From: Candidatus Aenigmatarchaeota archaeon
GTDB taxonomy: Archaea; Aenigmatarchaeota; Aenigmatarchaeia; QMZP01; JAFGSV01
Assembly: GCA_016934325.1 (NCBI GenBank)
Contig: JAFGSV010000024.1
Location: forward strand, 5,306-69,305
DNA: 64,000 nt
Direction: 5' to 3'
Each line of letters opens with the position of its first letter. Positions within the stretch are counted from its first letter, which is position 1. The notes beneath the pieces are model-generated. The model was not told where the DNA came from. It did no database searches and saw nothing but the letters and a program-made list of their open reading frames with translations. The translations under genes were made by a program, and so were the position numbers. Positions 25,929 through 34,728 of this stretch are shown here, piece after piece.

Positions 25929-28022
25929 TTATAATTGGTCGAACAGCAACATCTGCCGATCCCCAGATGAAGAATTTCTCCTCCTCCTTCCGCCCCTTCT
26001 CTTTTTAACAAAGCTTTCAGGATCAACGTAAAACAGCATGCCCTCTGGTGCAACTTCCGCAACGTAGCCGGGGGCGTTTTTCTCGTTCAGATTCGACCAC
26101 ATCTGCTCCACTCCTTCGGTGCTTAGGCCGTCGACGAGGGCCTTCGCCATCGCGGTCGTCATGTCCTCGCCCTGGGTCATCGCCAGCAGGCCCTCCTCGC
26201 TGAACTTGCCCTCTATGGCGAGGCTCGCCTCCAGCTTAGAGCCCATCAGGTGCATTGCCCTCTCCTGCATCGTGGGGCGGTAATACAGATAGTTCACTGT
26301 GACCGGCCGCTTCTGACCAATACGCCACGAGCGGCGTGACGCCTGCCTGAGCGTGAAGACTGAGTATCCGGTCTGGTAGAACGTAAGCTCGGGGAAGTCG
26401 TAAAGGTCAAGACCGGTCTGAACCAGCTTCGGATTCGCTATAACCACGTCGGTCCCGGAGTCCGTCTTTTTCCTTATCCAGTCTTCTCTTTTCTCAGGAT
26501 CAACCGAGGCCCTGAGAATCTCGGCTTCGATTCCCTCGTCCAGCAAAAGCTCCTGCAGCCTGGTGGTCACGTCTTTGGTTCCGGTATACTGGGCGAACGC
26601 GAAGACCTTCCTGCCGTCTGAGAGGCTGCTCTTGACTATATCGACGAGCTTACGCTCCTTGCTGTAGACCTTGTCCCTGGGCAGTTCAAGAGGCTCCACG
26701 ATCACCTTGCCGGTGTGGGGATGGATGATAGGCTCGTTGTCGAACGGCCTGTCCGGGTATGAGAGCAGCGCGTTGACGTACGTTCCGAGCAGGGCCTTGC
26801 TGCCTTTCGACAGTGCCTGCCTGACGGCCTCGGACAGCCGGTCTTCAAGAATCCCGTACGCGTCCGCAAGCTCTTCGTCCATGTCTATTCCGTGGACTTG
26901 TTCGGAGATAGGGGGAAGGTCCGAAGCCATGTCACCCAGGGAAAGGAATACGGATTTGTCGAGCAGGTGCCTGCTGAAGACGAGAGGCGAGACGCCCGGC
27001 TTCCTCTTCAGGATAGTCCTGCCCTTCCTGCCCTTCGAGCAGACGTTGTCCTGCGGATAGGTCCTCGTCACCCGCTCAAGTACTCCGTACTTCGCCATCC
27101 AGCCGGTGACGTGCCCGTAGTCCAGGCCGTCATCCTTAAGGGTGGCCGGACTGAGCCTATAGAGCACGTAGAAGACGTCGTCCGCGTAGCCGCCGAGCAG
27201 CGTCCCGGTCATGGCGATGGTCTTGCCGCACGCGCTTGAAAGGGCGCCGAACGAATTGCCCTGGGCGGTAGAGCCGCCTTTAAGCTCGTGCACCTCGTCG
27301 GCAACCAGGAAATCGAAGTATCCGTTCATGTATCTCTTGACGTACTCGGACAGAGGGAACCGCCTGACCCTTTCGCTGTCCGCCTGCCACAGGGCGGAAC
27401 CGCAGTCGCCGCAGGACCTTTTGTTCGTGCGCAGGTAATTATAGCTTACCGGTATGCCGTCCCTGTTCACGATCAGGTCATTGCAGTCGGGGCAGTGGTA
27501 GCCGTCCTTTTTCTTGATGGCTGCGGGCCTCCAGGCGTAGCCCAGCTTCGCCCTGTCCTTGCTTATGACGGTGTATTCGGGTCTGGACGGTTCAACGCTC
27601 GTGTCGAGACATTTGACGTCCTCAAGACTCCTGATGATTTTAGCGTCGGAGTCGGGGACCGTTTCGAGGATTTCCCTCTGCCACTTCTTGACCAGGTGTC
27701 CGGGGCACATGACCAGCGTCCTAGCCGGCCTGTCGCCGTTCTTGTAAACGTATGGAACGGAGGCGCCGATCAGCGTCTTGCCGCAACCCATCTCGCCGAC
27801 CACGATTGCGGAGTCGTATTCGTGCAGCAGGCTGCAAAGCCCCATGACGGCGTCGCCCTGGGCCTGGTAAGGCTTCCGCAGCAACGAGTACAGCTTTTCA
27901 TCCCATCTGTCTCCGGGGCTGAAAAGAGGCTCGGCGTAGCCCTTGATCGACTCAGCAAGTGCGCTGCCATACGACTTCAGATACCCGTTCATGTCTGCGA
28001 CGTCTTTCAGCATCTTCACCAC
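25929..28022 (-). CDS. SNF2-family helicase with an inserted zinc ribbon
   Basis: Motif I is GEMGCGKTLIG, motif II is LVADEVHELKGG and motif VI is QASRRSWRIGQKRPV. A CPDC...CGDC insert lies between motifs I and II. Confidence 0.85.
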   Translation of the reverse strand: MVKMLKDVADMNGYLKSYGSALAESIKGYAEPLFSPGDRWDEKLYSLLRKPYQAQGDAVMGLCSLLHEYDSAIVVGEMGCGKTLIGASVPYVYKNGDRPARTLVMCPGHLVKKWQREILETVPDSDAKIIRSLEDVKCLDTSVEPSRPEYTVISKDRAKLGYAWRPAAIKKKDGYHCPDCNDLIVNRDGIPVSYNYLRTNKRSCGDCGSALWQADSERVRRFPLSEYVKRYMNGYFDFLVADEVHELKGGSTAQGNSFGALSSACGKTIAMTGTLLGGYADDVFYVLYRLSPATLKDDGLDYGHVTGWMAKYGVLERVTRTYPQDNVCSKGRKGRTILKRKPGVSPLVFSRHLLDKSVFLSLGDMASDLPPISEQVHGIDMDEELADAYGILEDRLSEAVRQALSKGSKALLGTYVNALLSYPDRPFDNEPIIHPHTGKVIVEPLELPRDKVYSKERKLVDIVKSSLSDGRKVFAFAQYTGTKDVTTRLQELLLDEGIEAEILRASVDPEKREDWIRKKTDSGTDVVIANPKLVQTGLDLYDFPELTFYQTGYSVFTLRQASRRSWRIGQKRPVTVNYLYYRPTMQERAMHLMGSKLEASLAIEGKFSEEGLLAMTQGEDMTTAMAKALVDGLSTEGVEQMWSNLNEKNAPGYVAEVAPEGMLFYVDPESFVKKRRGGRRRRNSSSGDRQMLLFDQL

Positions 28023-28568
28023 TCAGAACGATATTTCCCCGTTGCCGATTCCTTCCGAGATCAACGAATCGAGGATTCTCTCATTCACGGACAGCCTCAG
28101 CACTTTCCTGGTGCCAAGCATCTCGCGGACATGACCGTTGTTCCTGAGCTTTTTGTAAAGCCAGTCCAGCCAGTCCGGAACAACGGGAACCGGGTAGCTG
28201 CTTCTAACGGTTTCGTAGACGAGGCGGGCGGGATCTTCGTTGTCCACGTATAACAGGCTCTCCGGCCTGTCCCCTGACCTGAAGAATCCCTCCTCGGCGA
28301 CCACCTGGTGCAGTGAAGATCCCGGCAGCCTGCCGCTCAGTATCCTGTATTTCGCAGCGTAGGACTTGTTCAGCCCGATGATCCTGTCCGTCATTATTTC
28401 GACTGTCCTGCCGCTTACGAGGGCGCTGGTGACAGCCTTGACGCTGCCGTCACGTCCCCCGACCGACAACAGATAAGGGCAGGAGTACTCGTCGTACGCG
28501 TAGCCGTCCGTGAAGGCCTCAACGTCGAGGCCCTTGTCGTAGTCCCGGAACCTGACCTTTTCCAGCAT
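28023..28568 (-). CDS. Hypothetical protein encoded between the methyltransferase and the SNF2 helicase
   Basis: 181-aa ORF. Its stop abuts the SNF2 start, and its start lies 6 nt after the methyltransferase stop. No family was recognised. Confidence 0.55.
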   Translation of the reverse strand: MLEKVRFRDYDKGLDVEAFTDGYAYDEYSCPYLLSVGGRDGSVKAVTSALVSGRTVEIMTDRIIGLNKSYAAKYRILSGRLPGSSLHQVVAEEGFFRSGDRPESLLYVDNEDPARLVYETVRSSYPVPVVPDWLDWLYKKLRNNGHVREMLGTRKVLRLSVNERILDSLISEGIGNGEISF

Positions 28569-28574
28569 TCGTAA

Positions 28575-29588
28575 TCACATCAGGTTCCTTATCTCGCCGT
28601 CCGGAGTGAGCACCTTGACGGAGACCCTGTACCTCTCGACCTCCCTCTCGACGAGGACGTCGCCCTCGTATTCCTGTTCAAGGTGAGAGACCTTCTCGAC
28701 CTTGCCCCTGACGATGTGCCTGTCGTCGCCCTCGCCGACCATGCCGTCCAGGCAGCCGCTCGCTAAAAGGAGGCCCAGGTGACCGGTGTGCAGCGGCAGG
28801 GGCGGCCTTCCGACTCCGTTCCTGTTTCGCTGCCCGTGCCCGTTCAGCTTCTCCCATAATGCAGATGAACCGAGTTCGTGCTCTAGCTCCGCTTCGTCAA
28901 TCAGGGTGGATCGGAAGAGTCTGACCTCCGGGGACGACGGTACTTGGTAGACCGGTTGCTGCATGTGCGGGATTTCGGGCAGATCCACGTACGGTATGGA
29001 CCTGAGCATCCCGAACGAACCGTCATCGAGGCAGTTCTGTCCTTTCCTCCTGCCGAACAAGACCACCTGCCTGAAGGCTTCATACTCGTCGTCAGGGAAC
29101 CTGTAAGTGTTGAAATCGTCAAAACGGTATGAGAGTATCTTCGCCACGTCCTCGGTGACCCTCGGCTGCGGGACGATGTAAACGACGATGCCCTGCGGGA
29201 CGAGATACCTGACCGTGCCTTTCAGGAAGACCTTCTCCGTCCTCTCGTGCTCGTGCCCGTGCGCCGGGCTTCCTTTCTGCCAGTCGTAGGGCGGATTCAG
29301 AAAGAGGCACGACACGGAACTGTTGCTCATCCTTGCGTCCTCATAGCCGCATTGAAGCACGTGGTCGAGCTTCTCTCTGGCCTGTTCGGCCCTGTACTCG
29401 TCAAGCTCGATCCCGTAAGTAATGGCTCTGGCACCATCCACCAGATTCCGCACGGCGGTTCCCTCCCCGCAGCACGGGTCCAGAACGTTAGCGTTGTCGT
29501 CCGGAAATTCCAGGAAGGACCTTATCCGGTATACCACCGACAGCGGCGTCGGGTAGTATCCCATCTTGATTCGGGCTTCTGGTCTCAT
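28575..29588 (-). CDS. N6-adenine-type DNA methyltransferase (NPPY class)
   Basis: Motif I is VLDPCCGEGTAV and motif IV is FLNPPYDW. The N-terminus (MGYYPTP) is of the kind seen in methylases carried by mobile elements. Confidence 0.8.
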   Translation of the reverse strand: MRPEARIKMGYYPTPLSVVYRIRSFLEFPDDNANVLDPCCGEGTAVRNLVDGARAITYGIELDEYRAEQAREKLDHVLQCGYEDARMSNSSVSCLFLNPPYDWQKGSPAHGHEHERTEKVFLKGTVRYLVPQGIVVYIVPQPRVTEDVAKILSYRFDDFNTYRFPDDEYEAFRQVVLFGRRKGQNCLDDGSFGMLRSIPYVDLPEIPHMQQPVYQVPSSPEVRLFRSTLIDEAELEHELGSSALWEKLNGHGQRNRNGVGRPPLPLHTGHLGLLLASGCLDGMVGEGDDRHIVRGKVEKVSHLEQEYEGDVLVEREVERYRVSVKVLTPDGEIRNLM

Positions 29589-29806
29589 TTGAACCGTCTC
29601 CCTGACATCTTCAGGGAATACGGTGGCCGGTATTTTTTAGGTGCCGCACAAGGCTTGCTGATGATGCCGATGTAATAAGACAATTTTGAATAAATCATCT
29701 ACTTTGTGCGGATGGCACGAACGGCGAGACCTCCATGAAAAGTATAAGCGGAGAAGGTGACAAGGTACAGTCATAAGAAACAGTTAAAGGTGATTTTCTG
29801 CAACTG

Positions 29807-30106
29807 ATGACGGAGGAATTGAGGGCGAAACTTCCTAAGCTGTACGCACAGGAGAAGCTCGGAGCTGATGCGATAGTTTATGTGAAGTATTTTACGCCCG
29901 ATAGCAACTGGACATTCTACGGCACGGAGTTTGACGGGGAGGACAGGTTCTTCGGCCTGGTGGATGGATTTGAAAAGGAATTCGGGTACTTCAGCCTTTC
30001 GGAGCTTGAGAGTGTGAGAGGCCCTATGGGACTTCCGATTGAAAGGGATCTCTACTGGGAGCCGAAGACTCTGAAAGAGATTGTGCCGGAGCTATTCATG
30101 GAATAA
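29807..30106 (+). CDS. DUF2958-like small protein (family typical of conjugative plasmids and ICEs)
   Basis: 99 aa with the pattern LYAQEKLGADAIVYVKYFTPDSNWTFYGTEFDGEDRFFGLVDGFEKEFGYFSLSEL. Confidence 0.65.
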   Translation: MTEELRAKLPKLYAQEKLGADAIVYVKYFTPDSNWTFYGTEFDGEDRFFGLVDGFEKEFGYFSLSELESVRGPMGLPIERDLYWEPKTLKEIVPELFME

Positions 30107-30142
30107 AGGCACTCGTTATACGATGAATTCAAAGTGCAAGTC

Positions 30143-32848
30143 TCATTTATCACTTTGAATGTCAACCATCCTGCCCGTGAACCCGGAAAACTCCATCGGA
30201 CGGTGAGTGAATACTATCACTTGGAGTCCATGCTCGCTGATTGCCTCGTTTATCTTCTCGATTACTCTGTCAGATCGGTCTGTACTGACGTGCACGAATG
30301 GATCATCGAGAACAAGGCATTGAGAGTCTCTTTTGCTTAAGTGTTTTGCGATAGCCAATCTGACACAGAGAGCCAGAACCTCTTTCAATCCGGAGGAGGC
30401 GTCATTAAATTCCAGCGATATATCGTCAATACCGCGTTCACCGAACCTGGTTGGAAACAGATATTCGTTGAGTTCCACGTCCTCATGCATGAATCGGGTT
30501 ATGTAACTCAATGAAGCCTTAACTTCATCCTTTATTGGGCCTACGACACCTGATAAGGCCGAGTGATACTGATTCTCCAACGCTTCCTTCAAGAGTTTGA
30601 ACGACTCTGCACGCATCCGTTCTTTCTCAAGCCTTTCAGTGAGAATTTCAATTTGGGATTCGGTTTCCGTTAATTCTGAATATGCTCCGCCCAGGCTTTC
30701 CTTGGCTATGCCACCTTTGAGTTGGTCTATGGAGGTTTGTTGCTGTCGAATTACCTGATCCTGGTTTTCAATCTGCTTCTTCAGACGTTTTATTCTGTTT
30801 AACGGTCCTTTCTCCAGCTCATCATGTCGCTGCTTTATTTTCTTATACGCTTCGTTCTTTTTAGTTAGGTCTGCGTTAGCGGTGCTCAGGTTCTTTTCCT
30901 GGCTCTCAACTGACCCGTGCTGTGTAATGACCTCGCGCTCACGGGCTCTTGCCTTTTCAAGTTCCTCCGAACAACTCTTCTGTTCAGCCCGTATTCCTGC
31001 CAGCTCTTGCTTTTTTTCCAAATGCTCCTTATCGACTTCATCCCTTTGGGTTCTCGCTCTGTCGAGGACGGTTTTTGCTGCCTCCTGCTCCTGTTCTCTA
31101 ATGTTCATGAGTTCTGCAAGGTCACCGTCCAGAGAGTTCAGTTTTATGGCATTGGGCGTCCTTTCAGTCTTTTTGCATTCTTCAAGTATCTTTTCGAGCT
31201 TCTTCAGTTCACGAGCCATCTCATTCACGGTGCGCTCGTCGATTCCCTTCCTCTCAGCCTGCAATAGGTCTATCTTTTTCGAAATGTCGTTTTGTTTCCT
31301 GCTTAAGTCTTTTAGCTGGTCTATGGATTTTACACTGTATTTTTTCAGGGTACTCTGAATACTGGCTTGAAGGCCCTTGATGTCGACCTTTGCGTCATGT
31401 GCTTGCTTGATATCTGCTGTGACATCGACCTTTCCTAACTCCGGTGCTGTCACGCTTACGCTCTCGGCACCGGTGTCCTTAAGTCTACCATCTTCAAGGT
31501 TCTTTCCATCCACCTCCACTTGAAGTGACCCTTTCTTGCCGGGTGTGACAGTTACCGTTAGCCCTCTCATAGCCAGGCTCTCTTTCAATGCCTCGATTCG
31601 CGCCAGGCTGTTGCTTAGTTTCTCTATTTCGTCCTCCGTGGGGACTACGGGTGCTTCTTCCTTGGACAGTTTTTCGATTTTCGTGGTGATGTCGTCTATC
31701 TTCCTGATTCTTTCATTCGAATCCTTGATCTTCTTTTCGGTGTCGGCCATAGTCCAAAGGATTCGGGCGTCCTTGGTCAGTTCCTCGCACTCCCTTATTT
31801 TCATTGCCTTCTCTTCAACCTCTGCCTTAGCTTCTTGCTGGCGTTTCTCAAGATGCTCACAGACGGCCTCTAGCCGGGAGAGGTTGTCTCTTGCTTTCTT
31901 CTCTTTCTTCTGGAGACTCTCTACTTCCTTAGCGGAATTCTTGAGTTCCTTTATCGCTTTCTCTGAATCCTGCACGTTTCTTTTGGCCTCTCTGACATCA
32001 GCCTCAGAGGCTTCCAGTTTTGACTCGATGGCGGAAAGGTCGACGACCTCGGTTTGTGCCTTTTCAAGTTCGTCTCTCGTCGCTGCTATCTTCTGCTCAA
32101 GACCGGGGAGCTGTTGTTCAAGCTCCCTCAATTGGTGTTTTTCAGCCTCCACCTTATCTATTATGTCAGCAAGTTCTGTTCTTCTATTCTCATGCTCCTG
32201 TATCTCTTCTTCGGTGTTTGATATAGGGGAACCACTGACAGCCCTTCCCGTCTTAGTGAAATAACGAGCACAGGAGGTCTGAACAAGGTTTTGAACGTCC
32301 TGGAATTTCGGGGTGACTAACACACCGCCGGTTTCTCCCCTTTCGAGGTGAAGGGCGGCGGTAGGATCTCCATCTTTATCCGTTGGCAGTTCCCGGTTTT
32401 CCTGGGGTGTCCACAGCCAGCGAAAAGCGCCCCATTGGGAGGGCTTGCTCCCCCTTGAAGAGGGCAGGTCTGCTTCCAGCAGTTTTATCAACTGCTCGTC
32501 TGCCGAGTCATCTTGAGCTTGCAGAACCGGCTTATTGCCGACAACCTTGTACAAGGATGTGCCCCTTCTCAAATTGAAGTTCTTCTCGACGCGATACCTG
32601 GTTTCGTTAAGAGTGAACTCAACGGTAACGGAGGATGTTACGTTTCCAGAAGCTGTGCGGGGTTTAACACCCTTGATGGATTCGGCATGGGAGCTTGACC
32701 TGTCAAAAAAGGCTTTGCTCAGGGCTTCCAGAATGGTTGATTTCCCTGTCTCGTTGGGACCATATATTATTGTCGCGTTATCGTCGAAATCTATCCTTCT
32801 CTTGGTGTGCTTTCTCCAGTTTTCGAGTTCAACCCGGTGAAGCTTCAT
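30143..32848 (-). CDS. SbcC/Rad50/YhaN-like SMC-type ATPase with a long coiled coil
   Basis: The N-terminal Walker A is IIYGPNETGKSTILEAL and the C-terminal Walker B/D-loop is CLVLDDPFVHVSTDR. About 600 aa of charged heptad sequence lie between them. I see no CxxC zinc hook. Confidence 0.8.
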   Translation of the reverse strand: MKLHRVELENWRKHTKRRIDFDDNATIIYGPNETGKSTILEALSKAFFDRSSSHAESIKGVKPRTASGNVTSSVTVEFTLNETRYRVEKNFNLRRGTSLYKVVGNKPVLQAQDDSADEQLIKLLEADLPSSRGSKPSQWGAFRWLWTPQENRELPTDKDGDPTAALHLERGETGGVLVTPKFQDVQNLVQTSCARYFTKTGRAVSGSPISNTEEEIQEHENRRTELADIIDKVEAEKHQLRELEQQLPGLEQKIAATRDELEKAQTEVVDLSAIESKLEASEADVREAKRNVQDSEKAIKELKNSAKEVESLQKKEKKARDNLSRLEAVCEHLEKRQQEAKAEVEEKAMKIRECEELTKDARILWTMADTEKKIKDSNERIRKIDDITTKIEKLSKEEAPVVPTEDEIEKLSNSLARIEALKESLAMRGLTVTVTPGKKGSLQVEVDGKNLEDGRLKDTGAESVSVTAPELGKVDVTADIKQAHDAKVDIKGLQASIQSTLKKYSVKSIDQLKDLSRKQNDISKKIDLLQAERKGIDERTVNEMARELKKLEKILEECKKTERTPNAIKLNSLDGDLAELMNIREQEQEAAKTVLDRARTQRDEVDKEHLEKKQELAGIRAEQKSCSEELEKARAREREVITQHGSVESQEKNLSTANADLTKKNEAYKKIKQRHDELEKGPLNRIKRLKKQIENQDQVIRQQQTSIDQLKGGIAKESLGGAYSELTETESQIEILTERLEKERMRAESFKLLKEALENQYHSALSGVVGPIKDEVKASLSYITRFMHEDVELNEYLFPTRFGERGIDDISLEFNDASSGLKEVLALCVRLAIAKHLSKRDSQCLVLDDPFVHVSTDRSDRVIEKINEAISEHGLQVIVFTHRPMEFSGFTGRMVDIQSDK

Positions 32849-33996
32849 GACCCGACCTCCCTTCCGTATCTTTGCAGGTGGGCAAGAGCCTCGACTATTA
32901 TTCTTCTCTGTCCAGGATCAGTCTCTTTAGATAATGATTCTTTCAGGTATGTTTCGGTCTGATTCAGGATTGGATCTCCGAAATCGAACGGCGTTTCCAA
33001 CTCAGGTGGAACGGTGATATTAAGTGACTCCGATTTCACTCTGAGGTTCTTGTGTATTGTTGCTTGAAACTCCAGCATATTCTCAAGTTCTTCTTTGAGT
33101 TCTAACGGCAGCTCCCCGTGAAGCTCCAATCGAACCATATCAATATCTCTGATTGCTTCGAAATGTCTCTTGAGTTCATCAAGAGAGGAAGAGTCTTTCA
33201 TCTCGAACTCGTCGGATGTCCATGTGAGTTTACCGGTGGTTATAGTGTCAATCTTAGGCGGATCACCTTTCTTTTCAATTTCGACCAGTAGGCATTTTCC
33301 TGCATCGTCTTCACCAAACTTGGTTTGTTCATGAGTCCCGGAATATGCGATTCGGGGTACTCCTCTGTCATCGTCGAAAGCTCTATGACTGTGCCAGTGG
33401 CCCAGAGCAAGGTAATCGATGCCCGTTCTTTCGATACAAGATGGATCAACCGGCAAAGCTGTATCTTCCCAGTTTGAGGAAGGGAACTTGCCTACCAGAC
33501 TTCCGTGGGCTACTCCTATATGGATGCCATCGGTTTCTCGAACGTTTGGGATTCTTGCCGTAAGATCCTGAGCGGTGACCTTGGAAAGAACCGGGCAAGG
33601 ATGAAGGGTTGCTCCGACAACTTCTACCACATCATCTGTGGTGATGATTGTGAGGTGCTTTAATCGTTGGAATATTGCCCTATTGTAGACACAATCTGAG
33701 CCAAGGATATCGTGATTCCCAGGAAGAAGATAAATAGGTATGCGGGGGTATTGATTGAATATGGCAACAACTTTCTTAACGGTCTCCTGACTTACCATGT
33801 TGTGCTCAAAGATATCGCCACATAATAGAACAAAGTCAGCATTCTTTTCCTGGGCGGATTTCAATACGTTGAGGATTGATTCAATTCGGATTTCTCGCAC
33901 AATGGGACCGGCTTCTCCAAGTCCTCCGCCTTTCATTCCGATTTGCCAGTCGGATGTCTGAATAAAACGTACCAAGTGATCATCTCCTATTGACAC
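32845..33996 (-). CDS. SbcD/Mre11-like calcineurin-fold metallophosphoesterase
   Basis: The motifs are SDWQIG, LLCGDIFEH, LPGNHD and ALGHWH. It overlaps the ATPase gene by 4 nt. Confidence 0.85.
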   Translation of the reverse strand: MSIGDDHLVRFIQTSDWQIGMKGGGLGEAGPIVREIRIESILNVLKSAQEKNADFVLLCGDIFEHNMVSQETVKKVVAIFNQYPRIPIYLLPGNHDILGSDCVYNRAIFQRLKHLTIITTDDVVEVVGATLHPCPVLSKVTAQDLTARIPNVRETDGIHIGVAHGSLVGKFPSSNWEDTALPVDPSCIERTGIDYLALGHWHSHRAFDDDRGVPRIAYSGTHEQTKFGEDDAGKCLLVEIEKKGDPPKIDTITTGKLTWTSDEFEMKDSSSLDELKRHFEAIRDIDMVRLELHGELPLELKEELENMLEFQATIHKNLRVKSESLNITVPPELETPFDFGDPILNQTETYLKESLSKETDPGQRRIIVEALAHLQRYGREVGS

Positions 33997-34381
33997 TACT
34001 TTACTTGATATTTCTAAATATTATAAACTTTTCTGTTGTAACAAATCGTGGAGATTGCGCCGCCTATTATCTGTTTGCTTAGAATAACCAACATATGTGT
34101 GTCTGTCAAGTACGGACTTAAAAATAATAATCTGAAGTGCTTTGATACGTATTCTATCACCGGGCTGTTGTGCGGGCCTCGACAGGCTTAAGCCATTGTA
34201 CGGCCCGAACCCTCGATATACGTGCCTCCAACTGAAACCGACTTGCTGGCTTCTCCAGTCCGAGCCAGGAAGCGAAACCACAACGTCGCTTTCCCCTTAC
34301 GGGACGCCTCCGGCACTCCGGAAGGTAAACAATAAGCAGGGCGATTCGGAAACGGACGCTTCTGGATTTGGAGGTGAAAGC

Positions 34382-34690
34382 ATGGAGATGGCAATGGTTC
34401 AGATGGACGGGAAGGGAAGAGTGTTAATACCGAAGAAAATGCGGGAGAGCTTAAAAATGGGCGTTAACGTGGTCTTATTTGTATACGCGTTTGAAAGCGT
34501 AGTGTTCATGCGGAAGGTAAGCACGGACAATAAATCAGTTCTTGAGAGTGTGGAGAGGCTGGGGCTTACGGCCCTGGCCCCCTCAAATAAGTCGCTTGTC
34601 TACTTTGTAATTGCTTTTTGTCAGTATTTATTGTATACTACTCTTTCAAAGAGGCAGCCAATGGAATCGCGGACAAAGTTAGCGCTTTAA
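34382..34690 (+). CDS. AbrB/SpoVT-type DNA-binding protein
   Basis: The swapped-hairpin motif is VQMDGKGRVLIPKKMRESLKMG. The ATG at 34382 is preceded by GGAGGTGA. The upstream part of the track ORF (34142-) looks non-coding. Confidence 0.65.
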   Translation: MEMAMVQMDGKGRVLIPKKMRESLKMGVNVVLFVYAFESVVFMRKVSTDNKSVLESVERLGLTALAPSNKSLVYFVIAFCQYLLYTTLSKRQPMESRTKLAL

Positions 34691-34728
34691 GTTGAGCGCA
34701 ACCCTTGTTCGAAAACAGTGAGAGATGA

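Noticed and set aside
34142-34381. N-terminal extension of the AbrB-like ORF (the track ORF starts at 34142)
   Set aside because: The translation (SPGCCAGLDRLKPLYGPNPRYTCLQLKPTCW...) looks non-protein-like. A strong GGAGGTGA site precedes the internal ATG at 34382, right before the AbrB fold begins.
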